From positions 3,410,001-3,474,000 of the forward strand of contig JBHGNT010000005.1 of NCBI GenBank assembly GCA_043228905.1: a stretch of 64,000 bases of DNA, given 5' to 3'. This document shows, in pieces, positions 32,817-50,200 of the stretch. Within the stretch, counting starts at the first letter, position 1; the number at the start of each line of letters is the position of its first letter. The DNA comes from Azolla caroliniana. Its lineage: Eukaryota > Plantae > Polypodiophyta. The position numbers and the translations under genes are program-made. Under the pieces are notes generated by a model that was given only the letters and a program-made list of their open reading frames with translations, had not been told where the DNA came from and ran no database searches.

Positions 32817-33105
32817 CATACATACACACACACACACATTATGTATGTATGTATGTATGTATGTATGTATGTATGTATGCATGTATGTATGTATGTATGA
32901 CATATGTATATATGTATATGTGTGTGTGTGTGCGCGCGCTAAAGGGAAAGACACTAAAAGGGTCATGACGACTTAATGACAATGATGCCCAATCGACCGA
33001 TGCTTACGCTAGACTTTATTTGTACATTCATACATACACATGCTGCATGCATACATATATACATACATACATACATACATACTTACTTATATACATACAT
33101 ACATA
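32817..33105. repeat. (ATGT)n/(ACAT)n microsatellites within a ~208-bp degenerate tandem duplication upstream of PAHX
   Basis: GATGCTTACGCTAGACTTTATTTGTACAT occurs at 32791 and 32999, and each copy is followed by tetranucleotide repeats. Confidence 0.75.
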
Positions 33106-33235
33106 TGTTGCATTAAACGGAAAATGGGTTTCCTCTTTATTTTATAACGACGTGTTCTGAGGCTATCACTCGTCTGAGAATCGTCTCCTTCGTTGCTTTC
33201 CATCATCACAGGCCAAGAAGAATCAAGCAGAACGC

Positions 33236-36663
<3,428 letters not shown>

Positions 36664-38753
36664 TTGAAATAACTTGCAAGTGCACTGAGGTGCATTGCAT
36701 GAACTTTATATCATCCAACACCGACATAATGGTAACAGCTTGTGAAAAAAATTACCAAATTTATCATCATTTTGTCAGAGTTTAATTGCTGTTTATAATT
36801 TAAATTTACTCTTTTACTTATGGATTCATTGTATATAAAACAATTTGCCAAATTGATTATCATTTTGTCGGAGTTTAACCTTTGTTTATGATTTAAATTT
36901 GCCTCTTTTACTTCTGAACCCATTGTATATATTATAGATGTCTTTGATGTGCTTTCGAGAACAATGTCATAGAGTTCACTTCAATAATTATTATTTATTT
37001 TCGAGTCTTGTTGCAGCTATGTCCGAGAGGCTAATATGCTTTATTAATTAACAATGAAGTTAACCACCTGCTTCACAGGCCCTCATATCTGCTTGCTGTT
37101 GGAGCATAGGAAACATCTTTTGAGCAACGCAGGAACCACATAGACACAGATCTTAATCTTAGTTGAAGAAATTTCTCGTTTTGCAACACGATTTATGGAC
37201 CTGTTGGTCATGTTCCTGGCCCCCGGATAATAATAGATTGGGAACAGGAACAAAAATCAAATTCCCACTTGATCCCAACAGAAACAGAGCACACTGTGGA
37301 TATGGTGAGCTTATATAATGTGATGATTACAACTTTGAAGAGACTTTGGATTCAAGATGGTTTGAATTCATGAGGATAAATAATAATCTCAATAGAATTC
37401 ACACTACTAAACTGAGTTCTCTATGATTATTTGAATATGAGGGCAAAGGTTGAGGGTTTCTTTGAGGACGATGAGAATGAAATAAAGACAAAGAGTTATG
37501 ATTCTCAGTGTTATTGGTGATGAGCTGATGAGAAAGAAGATAATGAAGATGTTGGTGGATGATTGTGGGGATTTGATGATTCTGTGAGCCTTATGACTCT
37601 TGTGTACTCTCCACTGGCTCTTCATAACCAATGCCCTCACATACAAGGGTCAACATTGGGATGATCACACCTTCAAAATTGGGATGATAGAATCAATCAC
37701 AACCAAATAGAATGAGGATAGCAAATTTTACTACAATTATCTACATTCACACAAGCTCACCACATTGGAACACCCAATTGAATGGTCTGTCTTCGTTTCA
37801 TAATGCATTTAGTATACAATGTGCATTACCTCCATACCTGTTCTATGTCCTCATTAGAAGTCGAACTTAAAATCCTTAACCCATTAGAAATAGCATTTTA
37901 TGGAAGTGATCTGTAAGGTTATGCTTGTACATGTGTGTAACTTTAAACCACACCAAGGAGAAGTATGATACCCTCTATGTGGACTCCATTCAAGAAATGA
38001 TGGAGAAGGTTAACCCACAATAGATCAGCCACATGTAACTTGATCTTTAAAAGCAAAAGGAATTAACCCTTGCATCAACATGTAGGATGCAACTGCCAAC
38101 AATCACACATCTTGGATTTCTTCCATATCTTTTTAACTCCACTAGCAACATGTTGTGGAGTCAACATGTAGCAAGTAGAGGAATTCTAACAAAGGAAACA
38201 ATGAGTACCAAGGTATAAGGCACATGGGCCATAACATCACCAATGTATCAACAACCAAGTGCACTTGTTAAACTTCATCATATCATCGTTTCGCCACCGT
38301 AGCTGAATATATGCATGTCATGCTCATAGACCATGTCAAAAGTGATTCCACCATATGTATTTGGATAATGATTGTTGAGGTTTAGGAAACTTAGAGGTTT
38401 TATAGTAAGGATGGCATGAATTCACCCATATGTGTAATCATGAATTGTCTCAAAAACCAATTTTGGTCTCTGTTTGACATTAATATGTTTTTGTTTGTTA
38501 CTCTATGACACAACATCCCTTTATATAGTTGGAGAATATATAGTCCAACAAGTTGGTCAATTATGAAGGTTTCCAAATTCAATTGTCTCTAGTTTTGCTT
38601 CTTTTATGTGTAGAAGCATTGGCACATAAATATAACATGGAACTACCGCAAATTTTAGTCAAAATGGTGGCCTTAGTTATAAAATGGAATAATGGTTATG
38701 ATGGTAAGAACTAGTTATACAACTCAAAACACCTTTGTGGGTGTTTTTAAATC

Positions 38754-41700
38754 GGGAAAAGTACCAGGATACGCCTGGAAGTTTGTATATTTACCAGAAT
38801 GCCCTTGGAAGTTCCAAATTTACCAAACTACCCCTATGTCCAAAAAATACACTTTATAAAGTAATTATACACTCAAATCTACAAGCCTTATTTACCAGAG
38901 TACCCTTAAACCTAAACTTATTTACCGTAATGCCACTATATACCTATTTTGACCAATTTATACCACTTTTATTTTTCAAAATACATCATAAATCAAACTA
39001 AATTGAAAGGTCACATTAAAATCCAATTCTATGAATTTACACCGAGTTAAACTGCCTTAATTCCATAAAACCAAAACATTTGATCGCACACCAAATTTTA
39101 CCATTAGGATGCCATTTTGAAACCAAATTCCATGAATTTGCGGATTCACAAACAATTTGCGGCCAAAATGTTAAACGAAATCTCACGAAAAACATTGCTA
39201 CCAAAATGTCATTTTAAACGAAATCTCACATAACACTTTGCTATTAAAATGCCATCTTAAACCAAATTTCATGATTTTAAACTAAATTTTGTTGGCAAAA
39301 TGCAATCACAACTAAATCTCATCAATCTCCTTTCAAGAGACATGGATCAAAGGCATTGCAGGACTTTATAGGAACGATAGCAGTTGCGTTTCACTGGTAG
39401 GTGAAAGCGGCCCCTTTTTCCGAATATCCCGATCTATACGACAGGGATGCCCACTAGCTCCATCCTTATTTCTATTATACGCCGAAGCACTCTCTTGCTT
39501 TCTCAACTCGCAGCATCTCAACCTACGTGGTCTTCCTGTGCCTCATTCTCATCAAAGCATCCTGGATATAGAATTTGCAGATGACGCAGCGGTCTACCTG
39601 CAAGGGGACTTGGAAAACCTACAAAAGCTCGAATGGGTTAGCCGTATTTTGCAAAAGATCCAATGCCATGATCAATTGGCACAAATCCTGTGCAATATGG
39701 CTTTCTCATGAAACACATCCTTCGTGGCACCCACATCCCACTTTCAAATGGATCAATCAAGGAACGAGCACCAAATATTTGGGTTTCCAAATTGGTTTCA
39801 AGATATCGCCGGAGACTATGATTGCACCTGTTATCCATTCCATTCAACAAAAGTTGATACATTGGAGTTCAAAAAAATTGTCGCTAGCGGGTCGCATCAT
39901 AGTGGCAAACCAGGTACTACTCGTAACAACATGGTACAATCTATCATGTTGGACAATCTCCAAGGACAGTATACATCAGATTCAACAACTGGTACGCAAC
40001 TACATTTGGTCTGGTAAGGAATATCATGTAACTCACGCCAAGGTGACATGGCCTATACTCACAACACCTAAGTCGAGAGGGGGATTGGGTCTTGTTGATC
40101 CCCTCTCACAATCAAAAGCCTTACTTGCCAAATTTCTGGTGCGAGAACTCCAACCAGGAAATGACTGTTGGAAAATGCTATCATGTTGGACAATCTCCAA
40201 GGATAGTATACATCAGATTCAACAACTGGTATGCAACTACATTTGGTCTGGTAAGGAAGATCATGTAACTCACGCCAAGGTGACATGGCCTATACTCACA
40301 ACACCTAAGTCGAGAGGGGGATTGGGTCTTGTTGATCCCCTCTCACAATCAAAAGCCTTACTTGCCAAATTTCTGGTGCGAGAACTCCAACCAGGAAATG
40401 ACTGTTGGAAAATGCTATTATGGTTACGTTTCACTTACTTTAGGACACGAAAAGGGATTAATTGGGCCCCCCAAACGGGATGGATTCTAAACATGGATCT
40501 CAAACCTAGTTTCTCCCACCAATTGGAGAATAGATTCAGTGCATCCATGTGGAAGGCATGGTGTGACATTAGACGAGGGCTCAAGTGCAATCAACCAAGT
40601 TCCGAACCTGACTGGCTCAATCAACATATCCTATGGAACCCATGTATCAAGGATGAATCTAATCAACTACTTGTATCAAGTAAGGGGTTCTCATGAGGAT
40701 ACATTGCAAAAGGTCCGGGAAAAAGTATATAGAATGTTGGAGACAGTTTATGTCATTTCCACTACAAGATCAAGCCAATATACTCCATGGAATCAGGGGC
40801 GGATGGACTATGAGATCGGAAATCAATAACACTCTACTTATTAGGGAAGCCGCTACTCATAGGACGACAATGGAGAAATGGATAGGCTACGAGAAGGAGG
40901 GATCTTTGATCCCGAGAGGTAGGGGATCACTAGACAGGATCGACGGCTCTGAATTACGAGACATTGAGACACCAACACATAATAACACAATTCGAGTACT
41001 CGCGTATACTGGTCATAAATGGATTGTAGATCCTAATCCGATCAAAGTACAACCCAATTGGCACATATGTACTCATGAAAACACATGGCTACGTAAGGTC
41101 AGTTGGGACCCTTTGCAATGGACATGGCATGATCCTTACGCGGAGCAAGGAAACAAACCTATCCCTTTCTTCCAATTCACAACTAGATTGGGTCGCCACA
41201 TCCTAGCTGCTCAAACTGCCCGAGAGCCGATTGCTGCATAGGTCTGGCACACATATCAAGTTCCTCACACAATTATCACCAAGTTTTGGCAGAAAATCTG
41301 GAAACAACAACACGTGAGGCGAATTACCACGTTTCAATGGTTATTAATACATACGTCACTATCGGTGGGAGCTTGGCAACGTGGGAACCTTAGCTCTCCT
41401 AATTGTTTAGAGTGTCCAAATGCAGAAGAATCAATACGACACGCTCTGTGAGACTGCCCAGCGTCCCATCGAATATGGCGGGGGGTTGGCCGATTGTTGC
41501 AATTATGCCAGGTGCAAGGCTCAATCAAGTGGGGAAATATATGTTGGTTATCATGGCAGACCCCAATTGGCAAATACGAACATCAGGAGGAGAGGATGAA
41601 TTTGGTGATAAAAGCTCAAGAGGTTTTTTTCTCCACCATCGGCAATGTCCACTCAACTCCTCTTAATGACAAATCTCAAGTTGTGTTGGAATTGGTCAGG

Positions 41701-42436
41701 CCAATAACTCTTTGGATTCTATGGAAACAACGGTGTAAACAGGTCTTCTCCAACCAAACCGCACATCTAACAATGTTACTGCAAGAGATATGGAGTGAAA
41801 TTGTAGCCACTCTAAAGAGCCAATATGATGGCCTCAAGGGCAGCTCCGATGGAGTTGAAAGACAACGAATAGCCTTCATCCAACAATGGTCGTCCTCTCC
41901 CTTTCTTGAGTCAGTGGGCATCCACATAAGATGGAACTAGCGCATCCCTACAGGGATTTGTACATAATAATCTCATTTGTAAAATTTTATAACTAATCGA
42001 AAGAGTTTTTTTTTTGAAAAAAAAATAAAAATCTCATCAATTTCAAAAATACTCACAAACCAAAATTAATTATCGAAATGTAATAATTACATGTTAATTT
42101 TGACCCATCTACAAAAAGTGTAATTTCAAAAATATCTATGGACTCAACAAAATATCTAAGAATGCACAAGATAACCCCATATCTTGATGATGAAGACGAT
42201 TGATAAACCCATTGAAGAAGAAAGAAAAGAAAGACTACATTGTTAGGTACAACCCAAAGAATTGCTTAAGTAAAGAAATTTGTGTTTGAAGGGTATTCTG
42301 GTAAATAGGGCTTGTAGATTTGAGTGTATAATTACCTTATAAAGTGTATTTTTTTAGACATAGCGGTAGTTTGGTAAATTTGGAACTTCCATGGGCATTC
42401 TGGTAAATGGACGAACTTCCAGGGGGTACTTTTTCC
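38754..42436. mobile_element. Non-autonomous Mutator-like element (MULE) with ~150-bp TIRs
   Basis: 38754-~38910 is the inverse of ~42284-42436. Flanks TTTTAAATC and TTTTAAATA form a 9-bp TSD with 1 mismatch. Confidence 0.88.
39327..42028 (+). mobile_element. 5'-truncated, decayed L1/Tx1-clade LINE (ORF2 RT 3' half and zf-RVT)
   Basis: Motifs IRQGCPLAP.LF, FADD, KYLGF, LSLAGRI, KSRGGLG, C..C....ESIRH.L..C and LWILWKQR. A-rich tail. 13-bp TSD AAATCTCATCAAT at 39314-39326 and 42029-42041. Stops and frameshifts present. Confidence 0.92.
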
Positions 42437-44960
42437 TTTTAAATATCTAGTTATTGATGTGGTTATTTAAGACGAGATAAAGAAATCAAACACTAAATAT
42501 GCAAATAAACATCGACATGGCAAGTAGAGATCAATAAAAACATATGTAGCAAGGTAGAATGCTTCAACTCTATAATACAAAATATCTAGCTATTTGTGTG
42601 CTAATGGAAGCAAGTAGGGATAAAAACAATTTAGCTCAATAAAACGAAACATGCACATAAGTAACACCGTACCAAGGTTAGAACAATAATATCTAGCAGA
42701 TTACGATGTCTAGAATATAAATTGTTGTTTGAAAACAAGAATGGCATGATTTCATATACATATTATATTGTATGACATTATAGATGTGAAGATAGCATGT
42801 CAACTAGGCATGGTATGTATGCATATCAAACTTGATGTCCATATCATGTAATAGATGCTCAACTAAGAAATTATAAGCTTTCTCTTGCTCCAGATTTGGG
42901 AATTCTAAAAAGTTTAACTGCATAAATCCATCATTACCATATTCATTATAAATAAACCACTTGGTCTTGTACCTACTTGTTTGTTGCTCCAATGATTCCA
43001 AACAATTGGCCAAAGGTCCTAACATGTACCCTTTTCTCAAGTCACACAAGCTCTTTCACTCGTGTCGTGTCTCTTTCTTCGGTGTTTATTATTGTCATGT
43101 TTGTTCTCCCCTCTTCCCATTTTGACTACGTATGTAGGTGTAAGAAAAATTAGTTCCTAGGGGTGTTTTGGTGAAAGAGTTCAATCATTTTAAACCAAGA
43201 TTTTGATATTTCAATACAATGGCATTTTTATTGTGTCAATTTTCCCTCTGAAAACAAGCTTGTCATCCCATTTCATTCTTGCATTAGAGGCACAACATCA
43301 TATATTGGGTTATGCACATAATTTCTTATTTGTCATTTTTTTTATGATTTATGCATGTGTAAGTAGAGACTCGGAGAGTAATGCGGATAGGGTTTCAACT
43401 TTCTACTTTGTTAGTGAAGTGTCTTTTTGGCCCTATGCCCCATGGACAATGATTGTGTGATTTTGATATCGAAATTTATCTATTTATCTCATTATATTTT
43501 TTATAAGCCTATTTCAAGGATAGCACTTTACCGTCCTTTTTTCTAATAATTATGTACCATCTTCAACCAAGAAAAATCGAAACCCATGGGCCATAAAAGT
43601 ACTAACAATATATTGGTAGATGTAGAGTTGGCAGCAATAATCAAATGTCATAGTAATCCAATCCCTTGAGGCAGGCCCATGCTTGAAAGATCACCGTACC
43701 ATATATGAACCAAGAAAGGGAGAATTCCGACAATAAAAAAGGTGAAACAAAGCAAACCACATCAAGGCAATGGCCACTCATAAATGGTGATTCTCACTTA
43801 AATGAAGAAGATAGAAAGAATGGTAACAAACAAAAGTGACGAAAAGAGTGGACTTTTGCTATAGCCATTAATGAAGAAGAAAAATCTCCTGACAATAATT
43901 CAAAAAGGTGAAAGAAAAGCATGGTCATAGAAGATGATTCCTCAAAACAAAAAGAATTTCATCATAACACTATAGAAACCCATGTGTTTTAAAATTTTCA
44001 TTTAATGTCCATGGGGTGCACAAATTGTTTGGTTCACGAATCACGCGTATTAACTAATTGAAGCTATAATTGGTGTCACAGTGACGTTGTATAATGTGCA
44101 CAATTTGACACAGTCCCTAAAATTTGCCCCAGCCAAAAAGAAAATACAAAGAACCCCGAGAGAGTGAGCAAGTACACAATTACAGAAATCAATTAGAGCC
44201 ACATTTCCGTGATATCTAATGAACTTATGTTAAACCATTAATATATTTAACCTAGTGTCTCGTTTGTTTATGGAAAAACTTGAGATTTTATGAGAAGTAC
44301 ATAGTTTTAATCTCTTTCAATGTAGAAGGTTGCAAAGCCCAAGCTTACATTAGACCACCATGTGAGGCAGCACACCTATGCTTCAGGTTTTGATTTTCCA
44401 ATAATTGAAATCAAGCTTCATTATATATATGGCTACGCCTTACCTTCTACTCTATATTTTAGCAAAAATCATGCGTAGATGCACCAGCTATACCATCTAC
44501 AAGCAAGCCGATCAATCATCCATTCATGATCAACTTGAAATGCTCAAGTTGATAGATCTTGTTCTCGTGCCAAATTTCGTCGTACTTATTAAAACAGATG
44601 ATATATATCACTCGTGAGGGCATTATAGAGACTTTGTGCTTCAATGTGTGAATAACCCTTCTTAGGAAGGAGACGCATATCAAGAACACATGTATACTCT
44701 GGTCCCATAGGACAAAATTGGCCTCTTTATGGACAATAAAAAATTCTAATTCCAATTCTATACCCTTGAAATGCTATTCGTGACACCAACATAGTTAATA
44801 CCCGTTGCAATACATGGCATATATAGTGGATATGAATATGGTTTATAAAACAATTGAATTAATAAGTTAAACCAAGTGGATACTCATGAAGACCCAACAA
44901 CCTACATATAGACATATACACTAAAGGTTACAACTCTTAATGCAAAGAGGATCTTGGAGC

Positions 44961-45781
44961 CTATTGTCCTCCAAATACAACTGTCTCTTGGTTCAAAGAA
45001 CGGTATCGCCAGACCTCCTTTGATACGAAATCCGCATCTAGAAATTTGGCTAGAAATGCCCAAAACTTATACACATCCTCAAAGTTAGAGAGGAAGCCAA
45101 GGGCCACTGTGACCACTCTAAACCCACGCCATTTGTTATCGCTATCAAAACAAGATACCTCACTCAATGAAAAACTCACTCCTTGATTGAGCTTCTCTCT
45201 TAACTCCAACGAAGGCTTGACATGATGAAGAGTAGAAACACCTATGGAGATATTGCTTCGATCAGCAAGCCTTTGGACAAGCAAAGGTTGGAGAAGGCTC
45301 CCTCTCCAATCGAACAAATTGAAGGCTATAGAGGGACCCCGATCGAAGTTAAGTTTAGGCCCATAGATTTGTATCAACGGATTTGGAGCAGGAAAGCCAG
45401 GATGTTGAAGCTTCAACATTGATCCAATAAGCCAATTAATAAGGCACCGATATCGGATATTTGTCTTGCTATATCCTAGTATTTCGGCATGGTCAAGACC
45501 TCTACATTTTATCTCGGGTTCCTTTCTGGCGTATGATACATCGTTGTGATTAGAAGCATCAAATTGAGAGCTACTCGAGCTCTCTACATCATCGGTAAAT
45601 GCCTTCAACGAAGCATCAACAAATGAAGCATCACTCCCGATAAAAGAAGAAGAGTTCAGGCAATCATCGATTTGATTACAGGAAGCTCGAAATGAGCCCA
45701 CATTCCTTGCTTGGGAGTAAGAGCCCCTTATACCCACATCACATACACTGGATGCATAATGCTCATTCATCTCACATAGAG

Positions 45782-45813
<32 letters not shown>

Positions 45814-47246
45814 ACACTATCTTGTACTCTAGAGGAAGGGCAAGATTGATCCACACTAATTACATGGTTTCCTTCATCACCTCTGTCTTCAGGGTCTCCC
45901 TCTGATACCACTGGAATAGGGATCAATCTCACCATACCAACTCCTCGTGCAGCAGAAGTACTAAGAAGCCTTTGTATCGCACAACGCTTGATGAATAAGC
46001 ATCCGAAGCCAGTTGGATCTAATCCGTAGACCTTGAAAAAGGAGGTCACAATGAAATCGGGACGAAATACTGATAGACCAAGGGCGCCCAAAGCTTTGGG
46101 CATTAATGCCGAAGCATCGAGAAGGACCTCCCATCCATTCTCTTGTGCTTGATGCATCCACTGATAAGAATACTTTGCACCAGTCATTCGCGATTGAACT
46201 GGAAAAACTAGCAGACCTTGTACAAAATCTAGCTCCTCCTGCTCCTCCTCTTCCCCTTCATCAGCCTTCTTTTTCTTCCTCTTTCTCATTTTCTTCTTTA
46301 ATAAATCATGCACAAAACCCCCATTGTGTTCTCCTTCTTCTTGTTCCTCTGCTTCCTTCTTGTTCTTGTTCTTGGTTTTGTTCTTGTTCTTCTTGTTTTG
46401 CATTTTCTTCCGGAGATCAGTCGAGCACAGTGTTTGAGAAGGCCATCGAAAGGCTGAATTCGTAATCTCAGCCCCATTTTTCTTAGCCGTTTCTTCCATT
46501 CTGCTCACAGCCTCACACTCGTGGTCATAAACAGTCAGCAGCTTCTTCTTGACGTGAAAAGGATAAGATTCAGCCAAAAGCTTAAATGCCGATTCTCGGC
46601 TCGATGTAAATACCATGGAATATTCAGATTCTTGCAAATTAAGAAACTGATATATCCTCTGTTTTATATCATACTCCACCGTTCCTTTATCTGCCCCTCC
46701 ATATAGAGCATGAGTCGGAAGATTTGCAGAGATATAAGAAACTCCAAGACCTTCTGCCAGGAGGCCATATCCGCAATAATCAAGAAATACATGACCATTT
46801 TCGTTCAGATATGCATACTCTGCAACTCTAACCTTGTCAATTTCCCCTGTTTGCCTATATTCTGGATATACTTTGATGAAATTAGTGTAGGATTCGTCAA
46901 AAGAGGGAATACACTCATGGTTAGTGAAGCTCTCATCAGGTCTTACATTCTTTAAAGTACAGAAATTCTTCCGAGTAACCTGGATTTGAATTATATCACG
47001 TCCATTAGCGTGAGAAGAAGAGGATTTGAAGCCTTTACCTTTCAAAAACGAGCCTCCTACAGGTCTACCTTTCTCCTTTGGTTTGCAAAGTGAATCATCA
47101 CTATCATCATAGATCTTCAATTCATTGATAGAAGGTATAGTTTCAGCGGTTAGGCAAGAGAGGTGATGTCTTTTCTTGGCTATGGCTGGGTTGGCTTCCT
47201 CTGTGTGCTTAGATTTGAGGAACCCAAAACGTGGAAGAGGAAACAT
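44961..47246 (-). CDS. Intronless molybdenum-cofactor-sulfurase-like PLP-dependent (aminotransferase class V fold) protein, ~761 aa
   Basis: First in-frame ATG at 47246. Motifs FLDYCGYG, YSMVFTSSRESAFKLLAESYPF, FPVQSRMTGAKYSYQWM, LLDASAL, PDFIVTSFFKV (PLP Lys), CRGLDHA and FLAKFLDADFV. Confidence 0.9.
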
Positions 47247-50200
47247 AGCTAGAACATGGTAGTACCAGAAGGGTTTCACACGGAGGTAGCAGAGAGCAGA
47301 GGAAGGAGAAGAGGAAGAGGAAGAAAGGAAGAGACAGGCAGGCAGAAGACATTCATGATATTATGACTCATGAGTATGTATGTGTCTAAATATGAAGGCA
47401 TTCTGAATGATTGATAGGACCCTAGTGTTTGTATGATTGATAAAATTGCCCCTAGTAAAAGGACCCTACTACCTAGTATCAACGTTAGTTGTCGTCGCCA
47501 TCATCGTGCCTCTCCCTAAAGACATCTGCCTTCTCTGCCCTACACACTATCAGTAGTATGTATGTATATAGATGCCAGAAACCACCCTTTTCCCTGGCTT
47601 GGTTCCGTTATCCTCACTCATCCTTTGCATCTCCGGCATGTTTAGTGTTTTCTCGTTGTTATTGCCACACTTTTGGTAAAACTTTTGCGATTCTTCGGGC
47701 CTCAAGCTTCCCAGCTCTGGGTTGCCACTATTTCGTGACTGTTAGTTTTCTCTATCGTTGACATTGATGTTTGTTTTTTTGTGTTTCGTCAAAAGTATCC
47801 CACTAACATGCATGCCATGAATCTCACAACTCAAGTTCAAAACATGATTACAAAAATCAATTACGCTCACTATCCCTAGATAGGAGAAATTGAGAACCAA
47901 CGGCACATTATATGGTGATGGTATATTGATTTAGCATCAAAACAATTATCTTGATCAATTTGATCTGTAATCCATGGAGGTTTGCCTCAAGACCATGGGT
48001 ACTATTCATATGAAGGTATCATTGAAATGTTCCGATTTTTTAAATTTCATAAGCAAAACACTTCGTTTTACTGCATCTAAACATCTATCCACTGCAACCA
48101 AGAATAAGTCTCTTTTCTCGATGTTGAACATGAGCTATGGATCAAATTTAATGCATATAATATCCATTACATTCTAGCTAGGTCATGGAATTAACTATGT
48201 GATTGTGATTGTGTTGACGTTTAAGGCCAAAACCCGGCTTTATGATCTCATTTTTAGCAATCCAAGGGTTGAAAAACAACAATAATGTTCATGAGGGTGA
48301 TGTACTATACAATACATTTGCTTATAAAAGGCAATTCTATCATGCAAATACATCGTGCATAAACGATTGCACTCATTCTTGAGCACAATTTCACTAATGC
48401 ATGATTAAATTTGAAGTTTCATGCCATATGGAACAAACGTATATTTTCTAGGCAATCTGTTTGATAAGGTGGAGTGGTTTTTGCTCTACACCGAGGTATT
48501 TTTTCAAGTTGATAGCTAGAACTTTACCTCAGTTTAAAAAACAAGGGTAATTACATGTATGTACATAATTTCTTGTACAAAGTGAAGGCATTTCTTAAAT
48601 CTAATGCGGTATATTTTTCAAGAAAAAACAATTGCTTTTCTTACTCTTGATTGACAAACTCGTGCAACTCAATAGGTAGAATATTACAAATTAAATATAA
48701 AACATAAGCAATGAATATTTGGATTAAGAAAATAATGGTTTGAGAGTGTAGAAGGTAGGCTCCAAGAGATAGAGATGTTTAAACCATAGAATCATCACGA
48801 AGGTATTCCATGAGAAGAAAATAGGAAATAGAGAGTTTTCTCGGTTGTCTATAAGAAATATAACTTTGCCATCTAATGAGGTGATTAAAAATACATATAT
48901 ATGTGTAGTTCCATAACAAATCATGATTGATAACATAAGCAATATAATAAAAACGTATTATTGGTGGTAGTTCACCATCGAATGAGGTGCTTAAAAATAC
49001 ATATATATGTGTAGTTCCACAAGAAGTCATGATTGACAACATAAGCAATATCATTAAAAAAAACTCATTGTTGTTGGTAGGATCAAAACGATAAGCCTTG
49101 ACAAATATGTTGAAGGGAAGTTTGGAACATGTACATATATGAAAACATGTGAGTTGTAGGGTCCATTAGTGAGAGTTCCCCCATCCCCCTTGCCTCCAAG
49201 GATAGATTTACCGTGAAATGTCATGGTAGATGCTTCTCTTTAGGTTCTCTATATTGTGATGAAGGGCAAGAAGATTGTGTATGGATGCATAGAGTGCATT
49301 TGTGCAATTCTTTTGCCAAGTTACAATATTCTTGGTATGTGAGTATCTTTTTGAATCCATATGTGCATGTGTATAGAGTCCATTGGCATGTTCTTTTTTT
49401 TCCAAAAAACATTGGCATGTTCATGCCCAACCTTAAGGGAGGATTTTGTTGTCGCTGACTTTTAATAAGGCAACATTATCTTTTCTTTACCTCAGATTGC
49501 GGGAAATGTTAAAACATTAGTTCTTTTCTATGTAATGATATACCAACAAATCGTGACATGTGCCAAATAAACCTACATAACTAGATTTGCAACGGTTGTT
49601 CAAAACAATGTTTTGATTCTATGTAGAGTTGAGATATTGTTTTAGTTCATTGTGTAAACGTGGAAAATGAAATTGTAAAGCTATCTTTTTAGGAGAAACA
49701 AAATGCAACTTGAAAATGTCCACCGGAACTTAACTCATAGCACAACCTTGTAAAACAAGTATCCTATATAGTACCATCGCATTTATATGATCGGATATAA
49801 AATCATTAATAAAAATTGAAAATTATGCCAAATTTCAATCAATTGATGATATAATAATGCCTACAAAGAACATCTAAATTAATGCACACGGTGTTTGAAT
49901 ATTCTTTGTTTTTGGCTAGTCATGACTCATGCATTGCCATGAAATCATATATTAACCTTGGGTTGGGGATTGTCAATAATTAGCATGCTTGTTACAAAAA
50001 AAACAAGATTTCTTTGATTTCAACCTCATTAGGTGTATTATAATAATGTCTTGTAGTGTACGCGCACATGCGAAAGAGAATTCAACATCGCAACCCTTAT
50101 TAAAACAAATTAAGCCTTGGCTACCGAAGTGGATATTTCTATTCTTCTTATTGTGCACTTCCCTTCGTTGTTAATATACCCACATCTAACGTATAAGCAT

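Noticed and set aside
48865-49080. ~106-bp tandem duplication, and similar ones at 33300-33790, 53160-53390 and 55020-55330
   Set aside because: They are ordinary local duplications with no sign of function.
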